Source of the DNA: Laetmonice hystrix
Taxonomy: Eukaryota
NCBI GenBank assembly: GCA_965235115.1
Contig: OZ249436.1
Span: 40,798,001 to 40,862,000, forward strand
Direction of reading: 5' to 3'
DNA length: 64,000 nt
Part shown: positions 13,888-26,848 of the stretch, in pieces
How the letters are laid out: each line of letters opens with the position of its first letter
Position numbering within the stretch: position 1 is the stretch's first letter
The notes under the pieces: generated by a model
The model's database searches: none
Told to the model about the DNA's origin: nothing
Seen by the model: only the letters and a program-made list of their open reading frames with translations
Position numbers and translations under genes: made by a program

Positions 13888-14102
13888 GCCGACCTACGGA
13901 TGTTGTTCTCCCGGATACCATGTATCAGGATGAGGGATTCCTCCAGGGACCTACTCGGCCGGACACTCTCCACCCGTGCCTCCATGCGAACGCTGTCCAG
14001 TGGTGCCGCCCACAGATCCTCCAGACGTCCTGGCAGTCACTCAGCAAGAACACCAGCAAGGACGTGCGAAGGACAGGCCAACTCCGGGTTTGCTTCGTCA
14101 AA
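13888..14102 (+). CDS. Neuropeptide GPCR exon: helix 8 and Ser/Arg-rich C-tail
   Basis: CCCTCAG|GCC; continues FR|ADLRMLFSRIPC...SGFASS in phase 0; donor AA|GTACGT (phase 2). Confidence 0.75.
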
Positions 14103-14883
14103 GTACGTTACCTACTCTCACACTAATTGTGTTCGATATGTACTACAGAAGTCCGTTAGTGCCACTGGATGCATAGAATAGAGTGGAAATAATTTGTGCG
14201 GCGACTGCAGGTTCCATTCGATCTTATTGTCCGAACGGGCTTCCGTACTATAATATATGCGTCTCATTAACTCCCACTTATCGGTATCATTTTGATTAGG
14301 CACACTTAAGGTTGCAGAGGAATTAAATTACCCGGTAGCTGCGACCCCTTGACTCATGTCCTGTCAAAGTTGTTCACTCCATACCACCCGCCACCTATAC
14401 GGCAACCGGGTTCTAAAGGCCGTTGTCCACTGGATTTGCTGCGGGAGGCGCTCTTGCGATAGTTATTTTACCGCAGTCATTTTTACTGCGTTTCATAGAC
14501 GCACGCAGACACTTGCGATGCCCTTGTCCATTGCTGCCTTGCGTGCGTGCGATTACTGGTGCGAGCACAAATTTTAACATTTAAATCTGGCGACGAGGTT
14601 TGGTCACGTGAACGTCACTTCTTCATACGCGCATCCTGGCAACGTTCTGTCACTTTGTGCAGGACCGAGGGCCTGATGCCGTTTAATTAATTTTTGCTTG
14701 CGGCCGTCGCAAATCTATGTGGCAATATCAAAACTTGATTATTGCCGCAAACCGCCGCACATCTCTGCGTGCACGCAACGCACCACCGCTGCGACGACGA
14801 TGCGAGTGCCTGCGTCTGGAAGACGCAAAGTTTCTGCGACTGCCGCATCGCAAGGAAAGTCACAGAACCGCAAGCTCAGTGGA

Positions 14884-15386
14884 CATTGGGTAAGGTCAAA
14901 TATGAGAGTTAACTATACGCCTGGATTACCCAGGTGTTACCTCAAGAAAAAGTGTTAACCTGAACCTTTAACACCGGGCTCCAGTTAACATTTTGACAAC
15001 ACCAAGTTAACACTTTGATAAAACTCAGGTAACACTTACCTGACACATCAGTCACACCTGGTCGCCACTCCTACCAGTGGAATAAGGCATAAGCTTGACT
15101 CTGAGTTTTGACCTGTCTCTGGTGTTAACCCACAGGCGGTTAACACTTTAGGTATAGGTTTTCTATGGTATTCTAAAGACACCTGGGACCTTACTGAGAT
15201 TAAGGGGACACCTGAGTTATCTAGGTGTTTACAAGGTGTGTTTTAGGTGTTAACACGTTGTTGAGACAGTGTTAACTCAGTGTTAAGTAAACACCCAGGA
15301 CGAGGTCAAATTTTCGATTTATAGAACACTTTCTTAATACCTAGCGTTAACACCCATTTGACTCTTAGATTTGACCTTACCCAATG
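14884..15386. mobile_element. MITE with CA(T/C)TGGGTAAGGTCAAAT TIRs (CMC/EnSpm-like), rich in GTTAACAC motifs
   Basis: 18-bp TIR; inverted second copy at 60585-61047; sits among Harbinger-like MITE pieces (~14420-15570). Confidence 0.8.
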
Positions 15387-15844
15387 CCCTTGTCCACTAA
15401 AGCGATTTCCTTCGCAATGGCCATGTAATTTTTGATTTAATGATGGAATTTCACTCTGAAATCTTTACTGGCCGGCCTTCTCCGCTTCTAGAAATGGATT
15501 ACATTCTTTAATCTCAAAATTACAGTAATCAGTTTCCACATCATGTTCGTCGCAAGGAAAATCACCTTAATAGATCAGACTTAAGTTGTTACAATAAGAG
15601 GGAGAGCTTAATCATGATGCCAACTGATTTTATTACGACATTTAATATTTTGAGTTGATACAATCGTTGATTTTGAGTTGATACATCTGTGTGCGGAATC
15701 GCTATTGAAAATAAAATAACTGTATTCAAAGGAGAGTCGAAATCGCTGGCCCTCCACACACACACACACACACACCCACACACTACAGAACGAAGATGGA
15801 TTTCGGTATACATTGGTCCTCATGTATAGGTCTATATATTTCAG

Positions 15845-15989
15845 GTGTGTATACGAGATGCAGACAACAGGTCGGAAAGCGACGTTGGTGGAGAATTCTG
15901 GCTCCAATACGTCGTCAAACAACAGAACAGTCGTCATCAAGCCGTATGACACCAAGCTCAACACCTCGGAGGCAACAACGAAATGCTGA
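15845..15989 (+). CDS. Probable terminal coding exon of the GPCR
   Basis: TATTTCAG|G acceptor; a phase-2 join gives K-CVYEMQTTGRKATLVENSGSNTSSNNRTVVIKPYDTKLNTSEATTKC-stop, a Ser/Thr-rich tail. Confidence 0.55.
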
Positions 15990-17828
15990 TATCTTTCTGT
16001 TTCGAATACCTCATCTACCTCGTCATAGATTGTTCGTGAAAAGGGAAGAAAACTTTGTGCTGTGTCCATGGCAGTATGGTAAATTTTATATACTATGGTC
16101 AATAAAAAAACGTCTTTCTCGTACTCGGCGTCCTTCAACTGAGTATATGGCCATGAATGCAGCGTCAGCAGCAGGAGAAACAGCGGTCGAAGGATGAGTG
16201 TGTGCCTCAGTTCCAGCTTTTCAAAGTGACTCTAGAGAAAACAGTGCTTTCGATAACAATAAGTAAAAAGTCAACACCAGTCTCGATGTTGCATATCGCA
16301 TTTTAGTAGAATGCTTGTAAGTAGACAGAAACAAAGTTTTAATTTTCTTTCTGAAATTCGTGACCATTTCCAGACCAAAGTATCTATTTTATTTTTTGGG
16401 TGTATTACTATTTCTCCAAAATAAAGAGAACCCTCACGTTTTGCGAAATAAATATAGTCCCTTTACCAGTCCCATAATGACAGTCATTCCAGGAATGTGT
16501 TATGTAACAGCAACTTTATTATTTCAGATATGCATTATCAGAAACTCGACAAAAAAGGTCATTTTTATCTGGCATATGCTTAGTTTGGCTGTGAATGGAT
16601 CATTTCAGTTGCATATTGTCTCTGATACTTAAAAAGAACGCCTCCTTGTCCAGAGTCACTGAGCAGTTTCAGTTCATAACCTCTAATTAACCGCACAAGA
16701 ATCACGTGAAAATCGGAATCGCTGCCACTCCCCACACACGCGCTATACGGACACGAGTGGAGTCCTTAGTAACTGAGAAGAATCCATCCAATATAGTTGG
16801 GCCAATAACTAAATTAATTAAGGTGATTCAAAGCATCCGCCGGAAGTGTGGCAGTCCTGAATATTCATCAGGACGTTCTCAACATTCTACTTATGTCCGT
16901 GTATCTATTCATAGCTATCCTACACCAGCTCCTGCTGCGGACCAAGCTCCATTTAGGATTAAAAACTGTTTAAGCTTACATTTCCCTTCCGTTGACCTTA
17001 TTGTTATATCAAGATACATAGGCCTGACTAATGCTGCAGGGTAAACATATCACTTAATAATGTGATCCCGGTGTTCCTGAATTTGAACCTGATAACAAGA
17101 CGTTAGTAGTTGGAGGGGTTATTGCTGAGGATAGTTACGTATAGTTACGTCGTCAGACACTAAACCTTTTGATGGCTGACTGCTGCAACCTCTACAACTT
17201 GGGTTTGAACCTCAAGTGTCAATGTCCCATATACTTCTTCATTTCTCTATTCCTCTCCTGGGGGGGGGGGGTACAGTACATGCATTTTTATTCTCACCTC
17301 TGACTGCAACAACAAAAATATTAAAAAAAGGAAGAGCGCTATAGATCCAAGTCACCGATGATTTGCTTTCTTAACTGGAATACACGACCGATAGCGTTCA
17401 TTTATTACAGAGTGGCGCGGTTCCCGAGGGTCTCCACCATTTTCTACCTGAATATTCAATGCTTGTAGTATATAAATCCTCTATATAAATGGTTCTCTCC
17501 TCTATACAGGTGTTCCTCTTCTCTATACAGGTGTTCCTCCCCTCTATACAGGCATGACCTCTTCCATTAGCCAGTGTTCGAAACACTTATTTCCTCGAGA
17601 GAAAATTCGTCTCTCCTTGTGGATAGCGTTGTGGATGATCTTTGGTAGATTTGTTATGCATTGGTCGTTTCCAGTCGGTGCATCCCTGACCATTGCTGAT
17701 AACGAAATCTCCTGGGCCTGTGTTAATTATTCTGACCGGATCATCATCCCTGACCAATAATGATAACGAAATACCAGGCCAATCGCAACATCTCGGGGTT
17801 TCTACGCAAAACACCTCGAATATTTTAA

Positions 17829-18030
17829 AGCCTGGTACACACTTAAGGCGATTTCCCTTGCGACGGCCATTCGATTTTAGATTTAATGGTAGAATTTCAT
17901 TCTGAAATCTTTCCTGGCTGGCCAAGGAAATGGGTTCCATCTTTTAATGTCAAAATCACAGTAACATAAAAGGGTGATGTCAAAATCGCATGGACGTCGC
18001 AAGGAAAATCGCCTTAGTGTGAACCAAGCT
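17829..18030. mobile_element. Harbinger-type MITE
   Basis: TIR AGCCTGGTACACACTTAAGGCGATTT ... AAATCGCCTTAGTGTGAACCAAGCT; related copy at ~15386-15570. Confidence 0.75.
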
Positions 18031-18559
18031 GCCATGTTGAACTACTTCCAGTCACATGATTCGATAGAGTCATGTGGCCGATTTATTTAAAATGGCGGAG
18101 GCATAACACCAACATCTGTTTTGTTTCTGGACAGCGCTAAACTCCGTGACTGTATTTTGTTGCCTGAAATTGTTTTAACTTGGTAATAAAATTAATGTTA
18201 GGCTACGTTTGAACTAAAATAGTCTAGAATCTATGACAAGGCATAGTATGGACAACTATGAATATCTTCCGGGGATTCGCGGATTTCAACTTTTCTGAGA
18301 TTGAAATTTGTGTTAAAATCCGGCTCCACTACCACCAGATACTGTAAAATGCACTAAATATGCGTCAGATTTACAAGTTTCCGCGATCTGTTTATGCGTT
18401 CGAACTACGCAGGGGCCCGCCGTTTCTAAACTCGTTAAGAAAATGCCTTAATTAGTGCGCGCTATAGTTGATAATATACTAGCGCCACGTTTAACGCATT
18501 TTGCGTAACGCCGTTTCATAACTCGTAAAATGATGGCACGTAAAAAGATGTAGCCTACG

Positions 18560-18741
18560 CAGGCGCGGATCCGGGGGGGGGGGGGTCCAGGGCGTCCGGA
18601 CCCCCCCCCCCCCTCTGCTCAGGACCAACTTAGGTTTTTGCTATGTTATTGGGGAAGGGCCCCAGACTTTTTGCCCCCTCCTCCAGCGGCTCGCATTTTT
18701 CGGACCCCCCCCCCCTGCAAAAATTCCTGGATCCGCGCCTG
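18560..18741. mobile_element. hAT5-like MITE with 5-bp TSD
   Basis: CTACG|CAGGCGCGGATCC ... GGATCCGCGCCTG|CTACG. Confidence 0.85.
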
Positions 18742-19967
18742 CTACGACGGGTTCGTTAATATACACATTCGTTGTTCAACGATGAAAGGCCGCTTGTGTT
18801 TGCGAATAAAAGATCACACCAGGGCTGCGCTACCAATCACCACCTTGTGGTTCGATTGCGTACTACAAGAAGCCGACAGACAAGAGGCCGACAGACACGA
18901 GGCCGTTGATAAGGTTGCTTTGCCCGAATAGTATTTTCCTATGAAATTGGTTTTGACTGATTTCATGGTTCAGGGTGCTAAACTTTGCCCAGTGAAACAC
19001 TACATAGTTTGCTATGTGTCCGGTCGGTCTCGTGTCCGGTCGACCTCGTGTCCTTTCGGCCAAATAGGAACCAATTTAACGTTCACATTGTGAGATGTCG
19101 TGGATGTCGGGTTCACGACAACAATAAACAGGTATTTAACGTCCAACGCCGCCAACACATTCCGCTGATTTTCCAGAGATGCCACTCTTAATTAATTGGC
19201 TCGAAATTGGGAAGGGAGATTTGTGGGGGATTTCTTAATTAGACGACCTGATCAGCGCGTCATTATTATTCGTCACGGACCTGCCTGATTTCTAATGTTC
19301 CAGATACTGTTGTCGGCTGAAGGCACGCCCTTCTGTCCTTGTTCAAGGCAACCAGAGGGCAAAGTTCGACACTTTTATTATTTTCATTGGGGGGGGGGGG
19401 GGGGGGGGGTGTAACAGTTGCTGGTTTCTATTTATTTAGGGCAAGATGATAACGGCACAATGTAGGCCTATCGGAGGTAGATTGGTAAATTATTTCCGAT
19501 TTTTATATTATAATTATAACAAGTTCTGTCCGCCCTAATTATTCCGCCAGATTGAGTCGGTGTGTATAATTAGTCCCTTCGCCTGCTCAAATGTTACACG
19601 ATTCTACATCTCGAGGAAGCGGCGGTCGATATAAGCGCTCTCGGAGCCTTTTCGGTCCTTTCTGAAACAAGGAGCTGTCTGAATCTCGTGGAAATCGGCG
19701 CTTATAGCCTACTTCTCTACGGTGGTGCTTATAATTTTTAAAGGTAGGCCTACTTTATTTTTAAAACCTGTAGGCCTAATATCGACACCCTGCCATATAA
19801 ATCAGCTTAGTGTCACATGTAAAACTCAAATAAAAACCAACCAAATGCAATGTGAGAACGCTCAGCTGGCCCCGTTGCTATCCAACGTTCTACCTTCGAA
19901 CCGCTTGGCCATTTTGGGCAACCGTATAACAGCGGCATTCCCACTAGTAGAGTCATATTTTGGGGTT

Positions 19968-20620
19968 CCGTGACCATTCTTCTCCTACCTTTTTTTCTCA
20001 ATTGATTTGACATTCTGAACCTTTTAGGAGAAAAATTAGCTCCTATGTACCTCTCAAAAATGACGGGAAAATTGTCTACAGCCCAAAATTCAAAATGGCC
20101 GCCAAAATGGCTGCCAACACTTATAACTCAGTAACGAATTCAGCTAGGAGGTTGATTTTGGTGTCTATAGACATAGGTTTTTGGGGTCAGGCTATCCAAT
20201 GGTGCCATTGGTTTACTTGTAAAATAAGTCCATCGCATTGAAATCCAAGATGGCCGCCAATATGGCCGCCGATACATATATTGCCTTGTTTCTCGACAAC
20301 TAATTCACCTAGAATGCTAATGTTGGTGTCAAAATAGGGGTTTTGGGGGTCAAGCTATCTATTCAGGCCAATAGCTGTCATTTAAAATGATTGTATAATC
20401 GAGAAATCCAAGATGGCGGCCAGCTGCCATTTTCAGATGCAATGAAATTCATCATATCTGGCGCAAAATGAGCTAGGAAGACGAATGAGGTGTCATTTCT
20501 AGCTATTTCTGGCATGATAAATCCATTGGGATCATTACTGTAACGTTTTGAGACCATCCTGGCCTCTAAATTCAATATGGCCGCCATCTTGGAATACACT
20601 ATATTTCAACACCGCTGGCA
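19968..20620. mobile_element. DNA-transposon terminal region with repeated (A)AGATGGCCGCC/AAAATGGCCGCC motifs (possibly Academ)
   Basis: At least six direct/inverted copies of the motif; no partner end identified. Confidence 0.5.
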
Positions 20621-21043
20621 TTTTATGAATATTGTATATCATTGCTGATCAAGTGGCTTGGAAATACATTGCTCGGAGTTAACTCAGGGACAACTCAGGG
20701 AAACACGTGGGTAATCCCCAGAGGAAAATCCTTTCCTGGAAATGTCAGGGGTTCAACGTAATGGATTTTCCAGAATCAAGGACCTAGTTCATTTTCATTT
20801 TTGCACAGCACTGGGACACAGCGCTCTGTTGCCATGTACAATATTTTTTATCTTTCCAATTCCAAGGTTGCCAGGTGTGTATGATTTTTTTGCTTTTAAG
20901 GCTAATCTGCGTGGCCAAAATTACTAGATGTCTAAAACTTGTTCCCTCTGTGGTCAGGTTAGGTTAGCACATTGACCATGCTGCTGCTTGCTACCGTAAT
21001 GACTGTAGACGGTACAACCTGCGACTGTGAGGGGAGTCAAGAG

Positions 21044-24000
21044 CACTGAAAATCTCAACCCTTAGTCATTTGACTAACTTAGTCAATTTTCGCTAAGATC
21101 GGGTTAGACATTTCATCAAAGACTAACCCTAGTCAGATTTGTCTAACAAGGTTAGTCAAAAAGACGAGTGTAAATCAACACATCAGACAGAGATAGTCCC
21201 AGATTACAAGCAGTGGTTTCGGAAGACTGCGTCTTTAGGTTCTCTAAAATGCAAACACAGCGTGGAAATTAAAACACAGAGAGTCTAAATCTTTCTGTGT
21301 CAAGTGTAGGACTACGGGCATGTAGGTCTAGGCCTAGTTAGGCTAGTACTACGTGAAACTCTTTTCCGAAGATAAACGTTGAACCTATAGCTCCATGCCT
21401 GCTCTAATGGCGGGAAGTTCAGCGCCAAGGCCAAGTCAGACAGTGGAACGATTTCAAGGTAAGTTTTCCGTACACTCTCATCATCTAGCCTACACCTAAT
21501 GTCTGAGTGGTCAAGAAGTCTTAGAGGGTATAGGAATTCAGTCAGTATAAGTAATCTGTGCGCATTTAGGTCGGTTCTTCCGACAACAGAGACACTCGTG
21601 ACAATATGGCCGCCTAACGGCTAACAACATACGTTACGAGCTCGGCCTAGCCTAAACTCAAAGTCTTAAGTACCGCAGTGGCGGATTTAGGGGGGGGGGG
21701 GCACAGGGGGCCTGGCCGTGCCCAGGAGGGGTTTTTGGGTGTCTGTAACCCCCCTGGGCCCCAAAGATTTTTTAAAATTGTTTTTTTAGGTCCTAAATAA
21801 CACTTGAATCCGTCCGCTGTAACACCCCCCCCGCACCAATACCCCCCCCCCCTGCACCAATCTCTGGGCACGGCCCTTCCCCCCCCAACTGAGTGACCCT
21901 TGCCCATGTCAGGCCCCGAAAAAAAATCATGGATCCGCCCCTGGCCTCTACTGGCGTTACCCACAGCGCCAGTAGTTGTTGAAGACCAACCTACTTCATT
22001 GATCTCGAATTCTATGATTTGATGATACGTTCTAGTGTATCCAGTCATTTAGTAAACTTGGAACGAGCCAACCCCCTGCCCGTCCCGCCTGCTACGTGAT
22101 TTTGCATGGCAGAAAAATTTATGTTCCAGACAGTAAAATTTACTATAATAATATTAAGCAGGGTATTTCACTATTTGTACATTACTGTGGAGTTTTAATC
22201 CGGTACATGGGCCTAGACTGCCGTGTTTATTTAAGAGTATTTTGACTTGACTTTTTTATTTGTGGGGGCTCAAATCGGCGAATTCAGCTTTGTGATGCCG
22301 ATAGGGAACAGTGACTCTCGACTTCAAATTCTGATTACTCCATATTATAAATATGAGGCTCTAGACTAATGAGCTTAGCCTAATATTTGAACAAACCTGT
22401 TTTATATTTGAACTTGCAGGCACTTTTCAGTTGATATTTTTGTCATTCTATCATCGTCTATTTTTTGCCATCATTGTCTTTTTTTAAAAGTTACTGCCTG
22501 GTGGCAGAAGCCAAAAAGAGAGTGCAGGACGTGACCTTGGTCGACACTGTCATGGACCTAACGTTTTCTGGTCGTCGGTGGGATATATTGAAAGCGGTGA
22601 GTATTGCAAGCGTAATGTGTTAGTGTTAGTTAGTGTCCAGTGTTAGTGTTCTAGAAAGAGGTAAACCCTGGCTGAAATCTAGATGAAATCTACATGTTTT
22701 GCTGTGAAACTTGACGGTATACATAGCAGGGAAGTAATCTCTGGGTTTATTGTCTGTTTTCATGACCAGTTTTGTATCTAGATGTAGTTTTAGTGTTTGA
22801 GGAAGAGGTGCACCTTGACGGAAATCTAGATTCTACATGTTTTGCTCTGAGACCTGATGGTATACATAGCAGGGAAGTAATCTCTGGGTTTATTTTCTGT
22901 TTTCATGCACAGTTCCCAAAGGAATACCAGAGAATAAAGCCACCCTACAAAAGTGATGTCATTCTGGAAAATTCACACCAACCCTTATCGCCCTCTCTAA
23001 GTGCCAAGGAGATGTGGAACGGTGTTGTCGTCTCGCTGCAGAATCAGCAGCTGACCCAGACAGAGGCCTTGCATGGTAAGTATTTATGACCGTCCTGGTT
23101 TTATACTTTACATTGAATATTGATTACTTTTTCTGAATTATGTTAATGTTATATAACAGTATCATGCTTGTTTAACTTTAATGGCCGCGTACCACTGCTG
23201 GGGCTGGTCATGCTTGGGTGTGAACGATAATGGTCCACCTTGAAGAGACTGAGTGTTGAATGGTATAAGCCACTGGCGGTATGACAGGGTATTTTGTAAT
23301 GAATTATAGTATAGGAATGTATCAGACAATGTGTTGGCGATGGCAGATAGCTGGGGGGGCGGTATAATGGGGCTAATTTATGTACTTTGAGATACAAGTG
23401 ATCGGTGATCAAGCATTTTCTTGGCAATAAGGGAGGTTGGCGATAGGCTGGGGGGGGGGGGGGGTATAATGGGGGTTTACTGTACATAGTTGTATTGCAA
23501 ACTAATGTTGATAAATATGATGTATGACAACAATTTCTTATAAATATTTGAAATAGTCTGAATATTGGTAATTTTTTTCTTCTTCAGAAGAACGATATTC
23601 AAACAAAAAAAACAATTGTTCAGTTCCCTGAACGAAGAGCACAGGTTCAGCATTGTGATACAGGGCGTCAGCATGCTGCAGACGGACAACTTCTTTCAAG
23701 CCCAGGGGGCGTTGCACTGACGTTAGGACTGGGCCTACGTAGGACTGGGCCAGATTTTAAATAATTTTCCAAGACGAATGGTGACGATTATAATTTTCTT
23801 TTTCTAATAGTGTCCTTTAACTAAACGAAGTAATAAAAACAGTTTTATTTAGTGACTTTAATACAAAACGAAGCTTGTATTTAGTGCACCTAAGATGTTT
23901 GTAATTTTTCTCAGTAGTATTTACCAGTTATGCATTGTAGGTATGTACAGCTAGTGACTGCATTGTTAATGCATTGGAGGCACAGCTAAGGACAGTAAAC

Positions 24001-24339
24001 CTTTACTGTTGTAACTTCAAGTGTATACCCATAATGGGTACTGCATGGATACTGTAAGTTTGAATACGGTGACCTAAATACAATACAAAGTTTGTATTAT
24101 GCGTGCATCTCAGATGTTTGTTATTTTTTCAGTGGGATTTACCATTTGGGTATGGGGACCAAAGCACATGCCGAGTGGATCGGATGTTAGACAAAAAGAC
24201 TAACTATTAGTCAATCAAATTTGATTGACTAAGTTGCTAGCCATAAAGGCTATGGGGGGTCAGTCATTTTAGACACAGCCATAAAGACTAAGAGGTTAGT
24301 ACTTTTTTTCTAACTTGTTAGTCAAAAAGATTTTCAGTG
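21044..24339 (+). mobile_element. CACTG-type EnSpm/CMC non-autonomous transposon (3.3 kb) with degenerate spliced accessory gene
   Basis: AG|CACTGAAAATCT ... AGATTTTCAGTG|AG (12-bp TIR, 2-bp TSD); subterminal GACTAA/TTAGTC repeats at both ends; exon remnants at ~21407-21458, 22491-22596, 22913-23075 and 23588-23700. Confidence 0.85.
21676..21943. mobile_element. hAT-like CAGTGGCGGAT MITE nested in the EnSpm element
   Basis: CAGTGGCGGAT ... ATCCGCCCCTG; no clean TSD. Confidence 0.6.
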
Positions 24340-24673
24340 AGCCCCCTGCCCGCCGATGTTGCTTTGGCCGATGCTCTGAGTGGGTGCTGGGATGAGGCGT
24401 CAAGCACCTTCATCTGTCTAGTCAGGTCCCAGAGTTCAATCATTGCAGAGTAGCCTTAGATGTTTGAAATGGCAATTTGGAAAATGAAATGATGCACCTA
24501 GCGCTATAGCGCCCACACAGCAGGATGCCATGGGACCCTTGACTGAGGTTCTTGCCATAGGGGATAAGCAACACGATCCCTGTTTGAGGGCACATTTCTC
24601 ACCTGTTTCTCGATAAATGACACATTCGTTTTCTGTTTCCGACACACTCTGATGAAAATCGCTGACATGAAAA

Positions 24674-25270
24674 GTGACGGCTAGAATGGATACCATAAGT
24701 GGCAGTGACGAATTACCATCCATGCCTTCAGGCGAATACGAATGCATTTTACGCTGTGGTCAACCATGTACCAAAAGAGACTCTTTGGATAATATCACTG
24801 GTGAAAAATGGGATTCCATACGGGAAAAGACTTTGCGATGGAAAGGACTTGACCGGTTTCAAAATGCATGCGAAAATGTGGACTGGGAGAAAGGGCCAAA
24901 AGGTTATTACATGCACAGCGCTTGCTACACCACGTTATCTAGCGGGCGCAGTCTTTCTCAGGCAGAAAAACGAAATGCAAATTTGAGGAAGATCTTGAAA
25001 GCGACAATCAATCAGGTCAGGAGGATCCATCTCCAAATGCCAGTTTCTTTTCACCAAAGAAGCTCCGCTCCAATGTGGGTATCGTACAAGACAAGAACCT
25101 ATGCGTGTGGTGTAATAAAGGACCATACAAAAGCAGACATCGTGACTGGGGACGGTTACTTCTCCTATCGACGAAGGATGCGTGGAGAAAATTCAAGTTA
25201 CACACTGTGCAAGTAGAAGACAACGTCCTGAGATCGAGACTTAATACACTGATTGCATTTTCAAATCCTC
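24674..25270 (+). pseudogene. Frameshifted transposase N-terminal fragment (Academ-like)
   Basis: CILRCG...YYMHSACYTTLSS then DKNLCVWC...LLSTKDAW...LRSRL across a frameshift; resembles the Cys/His YHxxCY N-terminus of Academ-type transposases. Confidence 0.5.
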
Positions 25271-25974
25271 AAATCTCAAATCAAATCACATATATGGAGC
25301 CCTTCCCTTTTGGGCAGGCACCGACTTCTGAAATTTTGGGAGTCTCATATCACTTTTTTAACCGTTTTAACATAGCTTTGCTGGACTACTATTTCAGCTT
25401 TTACATAGACCTAGTAAGGGCTTAGTCCCACTAGGCATTTTTGGCCCCGGGGATGTTCTCCCAATGTCAACTGAACAGCCTCGGGAGACGTCGGGAACAG
25501 GTTCCCCGGTGCTTTGAGAAAGCTTTGGGATCATCGGGAGCCATGTGGAACCATCGGGAGGCATCGGGAAAACTGCGAAATATTTCAATGCCTGCATTGA
25601 AATTTTTCCTGATGTGGGGGCTGGGGAACAATATGGGCCATCCGTTTCATCACCTTTTCGGGGTGAGGGTGGGGAAGGTGTTGGTTGTGTGGTCAGAGGT
25701 AATGTCTGAGGGCCAGACAGCCATAGCATGTGGATTAGGAAGGGGATGAGATGTTGTCTAAGTGTTTGGAGGGATTGTCTAACCTTATTTTGTGTTCTAA
25801 AATGCACCAGATGTCACCAAAATAACCTGAAATTTCTTCGGCCCTCGTGATGGACTCATTTGGCCCATCTAAATCCCCCACCCCCACTCCACCCACCTGG
25901 AAGGCTAAGGGCCTGGTATAGATCTAGGCCTAATATGAAAGGTAGGCCTACAAAGCTCTTCAACCAACAGTTTA

Positions 25975-26845
25975 GAGATCAGGTAATAGAAGACTGTGTC
26001 TTCAGTTGGTGGCAATGGACTGAAAAAGACGGCTTTGTAAAAAAAAAACCATCAAAGCACGGTTCGACAACCGACGCATTTCAAGGCCTAGCAAGTCAGC
26101 TACCCCTATTCTTCTGACATTCTTTTATTAAAGAGAATCAGGCTTCCTCCTATAACCAATCAGAAACCAACGTCATGGAACCAGGCAGCAACACGTGTCT
26201 ACTGCAAATGGACCTTGCAGAAAACTTTACTTGCATATGACAAAATCAAATCCAGAGCGTACATTGGCGGCAAAGGGAGGTTTCAATATACACTGTTGGT
26301 CCACCATCGTGAACATACCATGTCATTGTGTTATAGTCAGCGACTGCCGTGATCATGAAAAGTCGGCAGCGGTGGCCTACACCAGTCCTTTGAGATCCTA
26401 TAGGCCTAGATGAAACAAAACCTTCGAATGTTGAGGTGATCCGACATCCCGGACAGATGGTCCATCAAGTCAAATTAAGAAGATATATATTTGCCTTGTT
26501 GTCGAAGCTAGAGAAATACCGATCATTCAAAATCACGTGAAGCGGAAAAGGGCCAAACTATGGCCTTGGCGGGAATGTGAAACGCATGGCTCATCGTTTG
26601 ATCATGTCCGGGGCGAAGATGATGAGTAATGCTGAAACATTTGCTGATGTGATCAGATCGTGTAAGACAGACATTCATGTCATTGTTATGAATGAGGACG
26701 TCATTGAACAGCAATGTCAAGATTTGGGCACTTTTGTCTTGTGGAATGGACTGCAGACATTCCCCCGGGACAATTAGGCCCTACTATACACACTGTGTTC
26801 AAACAACTGGTGAGAAAAATTTACAGAATTATTATACAGAAGACG
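25975..26845 (+). pseudogene. Degenerate Sola2-type DDD transposase
   Basis: Motifs in order across stops and frameshifts: HSFIKENQ, LQMDLAENF..QNQIQSVHW, VIVSDCRDHEK, TDGPSSQIK, GKGPNYGLGGNVKR. Confidence 0.7.
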
Positions 26846-26848
26846 TAA

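Noticed and set aside
15608..16138. 176-aa minus-strand ORF
   Set aside because: Antisense to the probable GPCR last exon, runs through a (CA)n repeat, and has no recognisable motifs
24340..24450. R4-like non-LTR RT remnant (…HP…GRGLL) split by the EnSpm insertion
   Set aside because: Similarity is too short to support without a search
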